DNA of 63,773 bases, filler included, from Reticulomyxa filosa (taxonomy: Eukaryota > Protista > Foraminifera), in the NCBI GenBank assembly GCA_000512085.1. It is 20 parts of 20 records of this genome, joined end to end, with 100 filler letters (N's around TTAATTAATTAA, not from the genome) between each part and the next. Parts side by side here need not be neighbours in the genome. Positions count along the whole stretch, not along the records: positions 52,331 to 53,993 come from ASPP01031410.1; positions 54,094 to 55,309 come from ASPP01040069.1; positions 55,410 to 57,040 come from ASPP01023037.1; positions 57,141 to 60,119 come from ASPP01041950.1; positions 60,220 to 61,372 come from ASPP01004421.1; positions 61,473 to 63,773 come from ASPP01013079.1; 14 more parts are not named here. The stretch is one strand, 5' to 3'. Below are positions 52,402 to 63,773 of the stretch, piece by piece. The notes below the pieces were generated by a model. The model saw only the letters and a list, made by a program, of their open reading frames with translations. It made no database searches and was not told the origin of the DNA. The translations under genes were made by a program, and so were the position numbers. The first letter of the stretch is position 1; the number at the start of each line of letters is the position of its first letter.

Positions 52402-53993
52402 CTACTTTTTTCGCGCTTGCGAGGCAAAGGCCTGAGCGATTTCTATCTCGCGGTGTGCCTTCTGTCGTTCGTCAGCAGTGAAATAGTCTTCATTAACATA
52501 CAGTTTCTTTGCTTCAGAAAACTGCCCAGTATCAACAAGGTATTGAGCCTTGGATTCAAGAAATAGTCTGTAATTCCACCTGCGGTCGTGTACCGCTCTG
52601 TCCTCTACCATTTTTGACATGGCCTGAATAGCCTCACTAGCTCTGCTAATGTTTCCAAGGCGTAGATAAATCTGCGCCTGCAGTCGACGAACTTCGAATA
52701 TGGAGGGCGTTTTCAGTACAGCTTGACTAATCAAATCCGCAGCCAATTGGTAGTTTCCGTTCAGGAGCTCATACTCTGCTCGCCGCGTCGTGAAAAAAGA
52801 ACGCCCATCCTCCTCTCCAACCTTCTCGAGTATTGAAAACAAGTCTTCAACTTCACTATTTGACAGTCCAGTTTGACCCTTTCTGATGAGTACCGTCAAC
52901 AACATATCCACCAGGTAAGGATTCGATGGCGCAAAGCTCAGCGCTTTTCGAGACAGTTCTTCAGCTTTCCCAAGATCTCCTCTTGCAAGAGCTATAGCTG
53001 CTAGTTCCCGTATTGCGGAATTATTTCCTTCATGATATTCGTAGGATTTTTGAAAGTAATCCTGAGCTAGAGGCAAGCGCCCCTTCATTCTGAGCTGAAA
53101 TCCTTGGAGATAGGCGATGTTACTCTTCATCAAACTGTCGCCATCTCTTTTCCGCAACTTAGCAATTGCAGTCTCGAAAACATCATCATTGCCTACCCGC
53201 GATGCCGCTAAACAAAGGAAGCGACACGCAACAACAAGGCCATGATTCGAGAGTCGGCCCTCGCCCTTTATTGCCTCAAGACCGAATCTTATACTTTCTT
53301 GCCATTGATGTTGATCGTAACGAAGTTTCGCAAGCCAAACATAGTGGGAAGGAAGGAGAAATGCAGAAGCAATATCACTTAAGACTTCTCCGCTCTCAAT
53401 GCTTGCCATCACTAATGAGTTTACCAAAGAGACTGGTGCAGTCCCTTCTTCTAGTCGCAGGCTAAGTGATTTTGCTACGGAGCTAGTTGCCTTCAACTGA
53501 TAGTCCGCTGGCATTTTGATGCGAGGGTCGCGCTCCACGGCGATCCTGAGGGCCGGCGCTATGCGAAAATGATCTCCCTCTGCATCGAGAACATGCAATG
53601 AAACAAGTCTATAAAGATCTTCTGCAAGATTCGAACCATCGATATTCAAAACTGTAACAATAGTGTCCAAATCCAGCTCGGGCAAGTTTTTGAGTAGAGC
53701 TAAAACCTTGATCTCATTCTCGCCTAAATCAATTCGGCTTACGTACTCCGACGTCTGCCGATGTCTCCATTCAATAAATGTCCGGGGATCGGACAGGAAT
53801 AGCTTGACTCCCTTTTCGGATACCTCTTCGCATATCCGGTATAAGTTAAAGGGATGCCCCTCGGCAAGTTTAACGAGTTCCTCAAGAGCGTCCTGGTCGG
53901 CCAGTATTTTTCGCCGTTTAAGTAGTGAAGAAATCAATCTCAGGGAAGAATTCCAATCTAGCGCTTTAACGGCCAAAAAAACCACGTCTTCAT
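52402..53993 (-). CDS. 5'-truncated bacterial-type STAND-associated helical/winged-helix + TPR protein (Avs/NLR-like)
   Basis: Uninterrupted ORF of more than 527 aa, open to the contig edge, with visibly higher GC and no introns or microsatellites. LEELVKLAEGHPFNL is the GxP motif of the STAND helical domain. The wHTH-like segment is LDLDTIV.VL....LAEDLYRLVSLHVL..EGDHFRI. TPRs: AQDYFQKSYE...N..AIRELA, AEELSRKALSFAPSNPY, AADLISQAVLKTPS. Confidence 0.75.
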
Positions 53994-54399
53994 NNNNNNN
54001 NNNNNNNNNNNNNNNNNNNNNNNNNNNNNNNNNNNNNTTAATTAATTAANNNNNNNNNNNNNNNNNNNNNNNNNNNNNNNNNNNNNNNNNNNNTATTCAA
54101 AATTTCAAGCAACACATATAAAAATATAACCAATATAAGTATAAAAATGTTATGTTGAGTGTATAACAAAAAAATACTTTTTCAAGCAATGGACCCAATC
54201 ACGATGATGACATCAGGTGACAAAAAAGAGGAATATGCGCAACAGCAGAAAATCCTTGTGACGTGATAAATTGAATTCTTGTAGTTGTTGCTTTTCGTTA
54301 CAAATGACATAGCAGCACCCAAATATTTGCTCACACAATATCAGTCCGATGTCTCGAAACAATTGACTAATAATAGAATAGAACATGGACTCATTGTCA

Positions 54400-55309
54400 T
54401 TTAATAATTGTTAGACATTGCCATACCAGTTAAGCAGCTTCCATTTGGAGTTTCAGAATACTCTTTTTTCTTTTTATCCACGATTCTCCAACTACAAAGT
54501 CCATCCACTCTTGTCATCGCCCTTGTGATGAGGGACATATCTTGACCTTGCCGAATGGACGTATGATCATGAACACGAGCATTTCGAATAACGATCATTA
54601 TCCAATGTTTTGTTTGATGACCAATGAGGGAAGTCACCATTTTTTTTAATTTTTTTTTTCATTATTAAGCATATTCGTTGTTGTCGTTTTTTTTGGTGTG
54701 GGCTTCGTCTTTCTTGCTCTTTTGCGTGCCATGGCTCAACTTGCTTTTTGAGTGGGCCAAAGGTCCCTACGTATCTCTGCGTTTTGATTGTTGTTCTACG
54801 CCATAAAATTAGCGTCCATTTCCACAACGATCGAGTTTCCCTTCGGGCTTCCACTTGATATTGTCACACTTGTTCAGCAGCTTCCATTGAATTCAATCAC
54901 GCCTTTGTAATATCGAATGAACGGTGACTGGAGGAATTAGCAGTTTTCTGTCGAATTGATGCTTTAAACATTTCTTGGAATGTCAACATGTTTTAATACA
55001 CATCATTGAGCTATAAATCAAAGTTGGAGTTTGTCTTTTTATTGGCATTTGTCTTTGCCTTTGTGTCATGATCAGCATTTTGATCTTTTTGAGACAGTTC
55101 GTATTGCATCGTCGATATCGATTTCCTCAAAGATTCATTGTCCGTTCATGGTACCAATGAAACGGATTGTGGCCACCATGCCATTGGTAAATTCCAGTCT
55201 CACCCAATCAAGAGACTTATCGTCGCTTTTTTCATTGTTGTCTTGGTCCGAACTCGTTCAATGCAGAAGGGTAAGCGAGTATGCTATGTCAATGATTTCT
55301 TTGTTCGTT
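54400..55309 (-). pseudogene. Decayed gene, possibly with a CAP-Gly remnant
   Basis: DWVRLEFTNGMVATIRFIGTMNGQ*IFEEID resembles CAP-Gly G.VRFIG...G.WIG.ELD. Stops occur in all frames. Confidence 0.3.
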
Positions 55310-56029
55310 NNNNNNNNNNNNNNNNNNNNNNNNNNNNNNNNNNNNNNNNNNNNTTAATTAATTAANNNNNNNNNNNNNNNNNNNNNNNNNNNNNNNNNNN
55401 NNNNNNNNNTGGTTCTCGATGTTATTGTTGCGCATATTCTTGTAATATATCTTTTTGAATTATGCAAAACATCACCACTTTAAAAAAAATATGATGAGAC
55501 AAAGAACTTTTTTCAATTTTTTTTTGTTTCTTAATAACCAGTAACAACTAAGCAAACAAAAGGATGTCTCAAAAAGTTTTCATTTGATTTGGAAAAAAAG
55601 TGCACTTTACATTCAATTTTAAAATTATTCAAAATTAAAGTTGCAAAAAATATTTTGTATTTTAGAATAACAGGAAAATTTATTTTCTTTCAATTTCAAT
55701 ATTACAAGGAAAAATAATTATGAATTAAACTTTAAAGACTGATTATATTCATGTGAACTTAATAACATATTCGAAATTACAAAATGAAAACTAGAGTATT
55801 TCGAGATATCATAAAAACTTGATTTGGAATATAAAAAACACAATTTTATATCTCTTGATAACATTTAATTGTTATGAATTACTTTGAACATCAATCCAAA
55901 GTTTCATCACCATCTAAAGTGATGTATTTTTTAACAGTTGCCTTTCTAATCATGTTTGAAACAAACTAATACAATGGAAACTATCAAACTACAAAAACAT
56001 TTAAAGTATTGAAAAGTCTACATGACATA

Positions 56030-57040
56030 ATTAAGATAATACATTTATGTTATTAAAAGGTTTTGTATCAATGTCTTTAATCTTATCTGGCGATAATTCA
56101 ATATCATAAATCGCAATTCTTCCTTTTCCATCTTCATTCATTTGACATTGATTCCCTCCAATAATACATTTAATAATTTCAAATATTTGAATAAATTTGT
56201 GATTCTATCAATATTGATCCTCCACTTCCACCACCACCTCCTCCATTTGATTGGATTAAACCATAATTGATTAATAATTCTTCAATTTTCAATTTAATTA
56301 TTCCACCACTTCCGAAATGGATCTCTTTCAATAAAGTATCTTCTCCATACATTCCTCCCCTCCTTTTATTCCATACCTTCCTCTACCCTTTCCAGGATCT
56401 TGATCATTTGGATATCCTAATTCTGAGCAATCAATTTTGGAGGAAGAATGTTTAATCCATAAATTACTTGTTTTGATTTTCATATGTTTTATTATAATTT
56501 ACAGTTAATATAATATTTTTATCAAGTAAAATATATTCCAAGATTATAATTATTTCATTCATTGTTTTTCATCAATAAAAAATCCAATCCATTTTTGAGA
56601 CTTGGAAATATAAGCAATGAGATCATGCTTTGAAATTTTTGTTACATTTTAACTCGTTAATATCAATTTCTTTTTATTTTGTGTTTTAATTTGATTTTTA
56701 TTTTTGAAATTTGTTTAAATAATTTGTTTATATTGTTCAAATTGTTTTTTTAATTCATCATTATTTTATTTTCAACTGTTGAACATTTGTGTTAAGAGAT
56801 TGAATCATTTTTGTTAATTTAATTATTTGTTCATCTTTTTGTTGCTATTATTATTTGTACATTTTATTTTATTTTATTTTTTTAAATTATCTTGAAAGAA
56901 TTAAATACAAAACTGTTTGTAATTTCTCAATCTGTGGTTGTGATTGCAATTTTTGATTGAATTGTAATCTTTTTGCAATGTTTAATTTTGCTCATTTATC
57001 GTGTTTAATTGATTTTGAATTTCCAATAAATTATTTTGCA
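56030..57040 (-). pseudogene. Coiled-coil + glycine-rich (GGSGGSILI) family pseudogene
   Basis: YGEDTLLKEIHFGSGGII...NYGLIQSNGGGGGGSGGSILIE...GKGRIAIY preceded by a Gln/Lys-rich coiled coil. Interrupted by stops and frameshifts. Confidence 0.65.
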
Positions 57041-57217
57041 NNNNNNNNNNNNNNNNNNNNNNNNNNNNNNNNNNNNNNNNNNNNTTAATTAATTAANNNN
57101 NNNNNNNNNNNNNNNNNNNNNNNNNNNNNNNNNNNNNNNNTTTTTTTGTTTTTTGTATGTGGTCAGCGTGATGAGATGCAGACATTTTTATTTATTTGCT
57201 TTGGCTTTTTTTAATAG

Positions 57218-57603
57218 GTGCGTCATGGATTGTACGAAAAGCCGCAGGTGTAGCAGGCGAGACTAATCAACTTTTGCATGACCCAAAGGAAGGGGTAATC
57301 CGTATACGTGTCAACATTACCGGACGCCCTATCTTTGAATATCAAATCAAATTAGATGGTAAAACGAAAGTGGATTATGTAGACATGGACAAGAAAAAGA
57401 TCACAGCAACAGCCACAATCAGTGAGGATGGGTTGGTGATTCGAGAGGAACAGGACCGTCCCGAAAGCAAAGAAAGCCGTTGGATGACACGAGAACTTAA
57501 AGACGGCAAAATGATTTGCACTTTCATGAACGAGGCCAAAAAAGTGTCAATGAAACGTATCTTTAAAAAGAAAAGTGATGACTCTGGTCTCAAACTGACA
57601 TAA
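57218..57603 (+). CDS. Fatty-acid-binding protein (iLBP/calycin)-like, exon 2 to stop
   Basis: aatag|GT GCG gives (G)ASWIVRKAA...YQIKLDG...DMDKKKITATATISEDG...MTRELKDGKMICTF...VSMKRIFKK. This matches FABP motifs G....RK, F.LG, TRE..DGKM..T and KR.FKK. Confidence 0.7.
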
Positions 57604-58232
57604 AAAAAACATCATGTTTTTTCTTTTGCTTTTTTCTGTTTAGTTAAACTTGAGTAAGATTTTCTTTTTGTTGACATAGCCTTTCGTTAATATCCTTTTG
57701 GGGTTCAAAAATTTGTGTTTTCGTGCATTTGCTTTTGTTTGATGGGGATGATGGCACAAAAAATTCCCCTTGGTGCCGAGTTTTATAATCGTCCAATAGT
57801 TGTGTTTTTCTTGCTCAAGTTAAATGCAAGAAAAAAGAAACACTAACAAAAAGACGATTTGATAGATAATCTCATTAAGATTTCTCAATTTAAAAAGAGA
57901 TGTTTGAGTGACTGACACGTTTTTAATCAAACTGGTTTTTACCTTCAGCAAAAAGTAGATATTTAATATCTAAATGAAAATAGGAGTAAAAAATAAAATT
58001 TTGACTCGCAATACATAGTCTAGTAGTACAATATTTAAGTTGAAATTTACCATATTTTGTTTTATGACAAATTCTATTACTATGCAAATGATTTAATTTT
58101 TAAAAATAGTGTTTGAGCATATTTTATGCTTTTATTTCATTATTTAAGGAAATGGAAATAAACACCAATGTTTGAATGTTGTTGTTCAAGTTTTCAAATA
58201 CTACTTAATTACATACACTCAGTCAAGCACAA

Positions 58233-60044
58233 TTATGGCAAAGGGCAGAATTGAGAGCCCAAATAGCTAGAAAAAGCAGCCAAAGACCTTTCTGGTTGTG
58301 TTTGTGGGATCATGTGTCCTGCAGAATGAACTGTCACGAAGCAGAAGCTGGCTTGAGTACTTGTGTTAAAAGCTGTGTAATATCCTGCAACTTGATTGTT
58401 GACCTGCCATGCTTGCCAATTGACTTTAGGATATGCAGGGTATCCCAGATTCCATATCCAAGATTGAGTTCCAATTGTGCCTATTTAATCGCACAAACCA
58501 TTAATAATTATATATTACCCGATTTTTTAAAGAAAACTGTCTTGTCAAAAGAAATTATAATAAACATACCACAAACGGAATCATCATCTCCACTCACTAT
58601 TGTCATTCTCAAATTACTGTTGCTAACAAGCCATTGCCAGATAGGTTCCATTGGATTCGAGCCATCGGATCTGTTGTAGTTAAGTGTATCACTGCAATCT
58701 GTCCAAATGACATGTTGTTCAACATGGATAGCCTCTTGGACATCAGGTCTGTTCAAATATTCCGTTGCATAGGCTTGAGCACATTGTTCATAGCTAGGAT
58801 CTGGAAATTCTCCAGATTTCAATGCTTTTGTTTGTTCTTCTTTGGTCATGGTCGATATTTTTGCTGAGTAATCATCATGTTTTTGTGCAATTTGTTCATA
58901 TTGTTTTGGTAATGGTCTGCCTAACATATCTCGAACTACTTTTTTCAAAAACCAGTATCTGTTGCAATTCCCCCCATCATCCACAACAAACACATAATAA
59001 ATGCAAAAACGTGATTTATCAAATGTAATTCCCCGATCACCTGTTTTAATTATATTGACTCAACTGATTCAATACATTGTTGCAAACAGGATAATCCAAG
59101 GCATAAGGATCAAGTCCATCAACTTCCTCGTTCAATGTGGTAAGGGCCTCATCACAAGCGGCACCGCCTGTATCACCATCATCACATTTCAAGTACCATT
59201 GATACCAGGATGGATAGGATACAAGTTGATGTCCATACCATGTGTCATACATTCCTATTTCACATTGTTTTTTTTTTTTAGTCGAAGGCATATGTCAGTC
59301 TACAACAATAATGTAATGCTCGATAGACATTATAACAAATCATAAAAATCGTCGAAAACTTGCCTTTTGCATTTTCATTAGGATCAGTGTAAGGATTGCC
59401 AACAAAGACACCTATATATTAATGCAAAAAAATCAGCCCAGCACATGTTTTATATTGGATGACTCGACTAAAAACACCAAATGCAAATTGCACTCGTTAT
59501 ATCATAATAACAATAATAAAAAAACAAACCTTTAAAGTTGATTTGAGGTGTGTTGCCTTGATCGTTTCCTTCAACGATCTGTTTGGCCAAGGTAGGCATG
59601 TAGTGACCACCTATTACAATGTGTTACACAACAGACTTAAGATTATAGTAAGAAATGAGGAGAAGGAAGAAATGCCATCTCAACATTTTTTTTTTGATTT
59701 TTTTTTGTTTTTTTGTTTAAACTAAAAAAAAACTAAAAAAAAAAACTTACCATACGATTCACTTGTAATATAAAAATTATTAGTTTGATAATTGGTGAAT
59801 GTCTGCAACCAGCCTCGAATGAAGTTGTAGTTGTCAATTGCTGCTTGAGAATCACCAGTCTCAGCAGGATTTTCCGCATACGAAAATCCAACCCCTTTTT
59901 ATTTTGTATTTTCTTTGTCATCCAAATTTAGTTTTATCAAATCAGTTTCCACTTTCCACATACATAATTGTCGACAACAACAACAACAAAAATGCACAAG
60001 TTGCAAATACCTGCTGGTTGTTCAACAAAAATACCGTTCGCTTT
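58233..60044 (-). CDS. Serine carboxypeptidase family S10, 5'-partial
   Basis: Exons give ANGIFVEQPAGVGFSY, NFYITSESYGGHYMPTLA (Ser), INFKGVFVGNPYTD, YLNRPDVQEAIHV, SGDDDSVC (Asp) and FVTVHSAGHMIPQTQPERS (His). TAA at 58233. Confidence 0.95.
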
Positions 60045-60299
60045 CTATATACAAAAGTTAAGATAATGATTCAATCATTAGTTTTTTTTTTTTTTTTTTA
60101 TTTACACAACAACAACAAANNNNNNNNNNNNNNNNNNNNNNNNNNNNNNNNNNNNNNNNNNNNTTAATTAATTAANNNNNNNNNNNNNNNNNNNNNNNNN
60201 NNNNNNNNNNNNNNNNNNNGCTACATTTTTTCTTTTTTCTTCCCTTCAAATTTAAAGCAAAAACATTCCACATGCCCACATTGTTTTGATGGAGATATA

Positions 60300-61372
60300 T
60301 TACAACGACTAAAGATATGACACAAACAACATACAACCACACTAACCTTCATCCCTCACTTCTGATTGATTTTCTTTATTTTCTTGTCATTGTTCATGCT
60401 TTTTTCGAATCCTGTTGTTCTGGATGTTGTACACGGACAATATAAGTCCATTCTCTGTTTGGGTTTAAACAATAGCAGGATTGTACACCACAAGGAAATT
60501 TTTCTGCAGAATGTGCATCCACTCGAATATTTCCATCATTCCATATCACCATTGCTAAAAGACAGTCATCAACCCGGGGTACACTTTGTCTTCTTGTCAC
60601 TGTCTAAAATTGTATAGATTGATTTGCAAATTTACTACAAAACAATCCAATATTGAAATGACTTTCTCTTGGCACATATTGCAATTTCGAGTATGTGTAA
60701 CTGCACAGTTGCAATACATGCTGATGTCGAGAGACATGGATTTACATTGCTTTCTGTCATCTTCACTGTAACTAGCTCCCGATATACTAATTGCCAATTT
60801 GTTGAAAAAGTCACATCCCCGATTCATTTGTTCGCCAGACGTCATCGCACGCAATTGTACCCCAAACATTTTTCCAACGTTGCAACGACAACGATGACAA
60901 CGAAATCGATAACTTGGAAATGTATTGTAAAATGCGTTGATTGATCGCTTTCAATACTTTTCACTACACTATTCAAATCTTGCAGAGTTCAATGTTTGCG
61001 CAATCAAAGATATGTCACTTGTGGATACGTGATACTGGCGTGCTTTGGACAAATTGTTTTTCAATATCTAAAACATTCCACTTCAGTCAATATTTCATCT
61101 GAATAAAACGTTTTGGATTGCCGTGTTTTGTTATACAGCCATGACGCATCAATTGCTTTTTTGGACAGATTACCAATAACCGTGGCTACATCCGTTGCGC
61201 TTGTAAATAAACTCCAGTCGATATGTGAGTTTTGTGAGTTGTGTTGTCATAGCACACAGTTACATCATTGGTTTGAATGAATAACCTGTGCTCATTGCAT
61301 CGTGTTACATGAGAAATAGTGAGCCATTGATTACCATTGCCGTCGTTCCGACCATATTTGCAATACAGCGTA
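60300..61372 (-). pseudogene. Decayed Cys-rich gene, possibly RBR/IBR ubiquitin ligase
   Basis: Fragments NCNMCQEKV, PRVDDCLLAMV...IRVD...KFPCGVQSCYC and GCTFCRK in shifting frames with stops. Confidence 0.3.
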
Positions 61373-61512
61373 NNNNNNNNNNNNNNNNNNNNNNNNNNNN
61401 NNNNNNNNNNNNNNNNTTAATTAATTAANNNNNNNNNNNNNNNNNNNNNNNNNNNNNNNNNNNNNNNNNNNNATATATACATATATGTACATATATGTAT
61501 ATGTATATATCA

Positions 61513-61908
61513 GCAACACAGTTCCCGGATACAACGCCGATCGTTACTGCCTCTGCAGACGGTCGTCATGACAATGACTTGGTTTCATCTCGGCTCTTTG
61601 CCTATCATGATAGTGATATTACCAGCGAAAAAGGTGTGGATAAAGGCTCGGTTCAATCATCCCCGGTTGCTGTGAACGACAAAAACTTGCCAGAAATTGC
61701 GTACTCAGACTCGGAGATGAAGGAAGCCGAAGAAAAAAAACATGACACAAACGAACCAAAAAACACAGCAAATAACAAAACGAAGAAAAAGAAAAAAGTT
61801 ACAGCAGATGCAAATGCACTGTCAACTGAAAATAACAAAAGAAAGAAAGTAAAACCAAAAAAAAAGAAACTGAGAACAGAAGAAAAGCAAGACAATTCAA
61901 CCAAATGA
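61513..61908 (+). CDS. Last exon of a Lys-rich low-complexity protein
   Basis: Follows an (AT)n intron ending atcag and is open to TGA at 61908. Poly-Lys NLS-like tracts. Confidence 0.5.
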   Translation, partial: ATQFPDTTPIVTASADGRHDNDLVSSRLFAYHDSDITSEKGVDKGSVQSSPVAVNDKNLPEIAYSDSEMKEAEEKKHDTNEPKNTANNKTKKKKKVTADANALSTENNKRKKVKPKKKKLRTEEKQDNSTK

Positions 61909-62682
61909 AATCCTTTTTTTGTAAATATTAGAGTAGACGATGTAAACACAGACTCGTCTGTGATAATGTGAATTTGGGTCATTTACTGTTGGTTATGTCT
62001 GGAAGACTCCAATCAGTAATTACCCCGATTACCAAATGTTTTGTTCCAACAAGATAAAATAAGATTTATATTTTTTTTGTTAGTAACAAATTATATGCCT
62101 AGCCATTGTTTTTTTTTTTTTTTTTATATTTTTTTGTTTTGTTTTGTTTTTCAATTTTTTTTTTTTCTCTTTTTTTTTGCTGTGTTTAGTTCTCCATGTC
62201 ATCACTTTCACTTGTACAATAATCTTTTTTTTTTGTGGGTGCAGATGTTGGATAGCAACATTTTCGTTTATTTGTTTTTTTCTTCTTTAGTGTCTTGTGG
62301 TCTGATTGGTTTTCATTTTTTCTTCCTATTTTTTTTTTTTCTGCCAACTTTCTTTGTTGCAAAAATGTGTTCGTTTACATATTATTCAAATTTTATTTCA
62401 AGTGATTGGAATTAAAACACCGGAGTTTGTGATCAAATAAATATAAAACACATGTTATGTACATTTTCTAATCTTGTTTTTAAAATTTTCTGCACATCAT
62501 AGAAACTTTTTAGTTGTAAAAAGACGTTGTCGTGAATCTTTTGATCAGCTTGTACCTTTTTAAGATAGTCAATTGTATGCAAAAGAACGTTTGAAACATA
62601 TTGAAAATAGTACAATTTGAAAACATTTTGAATTCATCAGTTGTTTTGGATGATAGATTGTAGAAACACTACTTCCAATGTG

Positions 62683-63708
62683 ATGAGGTCGGGAGAACAG
62701 TCCGAAGCCATTGAACTCATTGCAACACAGCAAGCAGAGATAACGGTATTAGCAACAAGGTTAGAGCGATTAGAGAGCATAGAAAAAGAATTGGTTGAAA
62801 AGCGAGTAGTATTAGAAGACACGAGAAAAGAGAAGGACAAGTTGAAAAGTTTGTTTGAGCAAACAGCGATCGAAAAGACACAAAAACTCGCTCGAAATGA
62901 GAACTTGACACAACAAAAGGAGTTTTGTATGAACGAACTGAAGCAATGCAAAATCCAATCGCTGAATGAAATTGAAACATTGAAACAAATGCATTTATTA
63001 GAAAAAGGGTCGTGCGAAAAATCAATACAATTGGTGTGTGTTTTTAGGAGGATCTTTCTTCTTTTCTGTCCATCATCGACAATATAAAAAGAAAACTCCG
63101 CTTGCGGATAGGGGGAGGAGGAAAAAAAAAACAAAAAAGTCCGAAATGAAAAATAATAATAAAAGGAGGGGTGATAAAAAAAAAAATTGGTTGTGAATTC
63201 AAAAAAAAAAAAAAGCTACGAGAAGAAGACGTTTTCAAAATGGAAGAAATGAAGACAAAAGATGTGATAGCAACAGGAGAAACTAAGTTCGAAATTGAAC
63301 AGTACAACATTGTTGCAGAAATGGGCAATCAAGAAACAGGTAGGCACATTGTCTTATTTGTTGTAATGATGTTTGATAAGACATTGAGAAGGAGGTGGGA
63401 ATGACGTGTGAATTTTAGAAAGACTGTCGAGTTTAGATTCGCTACGAAGTCACATTTGTAATGACATGGACTCGTATTTGCAAAAGGACGATGATGTGTC
63501 TAATCATATGCACATTGAAATAATGGAATGTTTGAGTAAAGAGATCGAGTCAGTGTCTACATTAATTAAAAAGTATCAAGTGCTCCTCGAAGATCGGAAT
63601 GAACATATCGAGCACTTTTATCAAGTGTACGATCAAATCTGTACTATGCATTCCGCATTGCAACAAACGATGCAAAAACAAAAGACCAAATTTTGTCATA
63701 TCAAGCCA
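62683..63708 (+). CDS. 3'-partial coiled-coil protein
   Basis: Exons about 62683-63033 (|gtgtgt), 63216-63339 (|gtaggc) and 63419-63708 (|gttagt). Heptad-rich E/K/L sequence. Start uncertain. Confidence 0.6.
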
Positions 63709-63773
63709 GTTAGTTTGAAATTTTTTTTTTTTTTTTTTTTTTATTTTTTTTTTTTGAAAAAAAAAAAAAAAAA

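Noticed and set aside
53166-54049. Plus-strand ORFs overlapping the TPR gene (and similar antisense ORFs over other genes)
   Set aside because: Antisense shadows of real coding strands with no independent motifs.
50855-55309. A gene cluster linking the STAND-TPR gene with neighbouring WD40 or other genes
   Set aside because: They are separated by artificial spacers and lie on different contigs, probably from different organisms.

Overview
This window is not one locus. It is 20 short contigs joined by 19 identical artificial 100-bp spacers (N44-TTAATTAATTAA-N44, stops in all six frames), so adjacency across spacers carries no information. Nineteen contigs are AT-rich eukaryotic DNA with short GT-AG introns often filled with (AT)n/(ATAC)n. 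The gene families (expanded WD40, Kelch, SAM/U-box, RGS and Gly-rich GGSGGSILI families, many pseudogenes) strongly resemble the foraminiferan Reticulomyxa filosa; this is an inference from family recognition, not a search. Recognisable genes: an EF-hand-like/2xSAM coiled-coil protein, a SPRY-like protein, LYRM7/Mzm1, a PH-RGS-FHA protein, the CutC C-terminus, an RGS C-terminus, SAM-U-box paralogues, a RING1-like protein, a FABP-like protein and a serine carboxypeptidase S10 with a GC-AG intron. Decayed copies: calcineurin A, SERCA, several WD40 and Kelch-WD40 genes, a Pro/Thr mucin-like gene and a non-LTR retrotransposon. One contig (52331-53993) is compositionally foreign and intronless, and encodes the C-terminal part of a bacterial-type STAND/winged-helix/TPR (Avs/NLR-like) protein. 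Best leads: (i) that STAND-TPR fragment; (ii) a ~35-aa intron-bounded module shared by WD40, Kelch-WD40 and SPRY genes, a candidate lineage-specific ubiquitin-ligase adaptor box; (iii) inverted repeats bracketing a head-to-head WD40 gene pair; (iv) a protist FABP with the animal-type intron-1 position. All exon models and alignments were made by eye.
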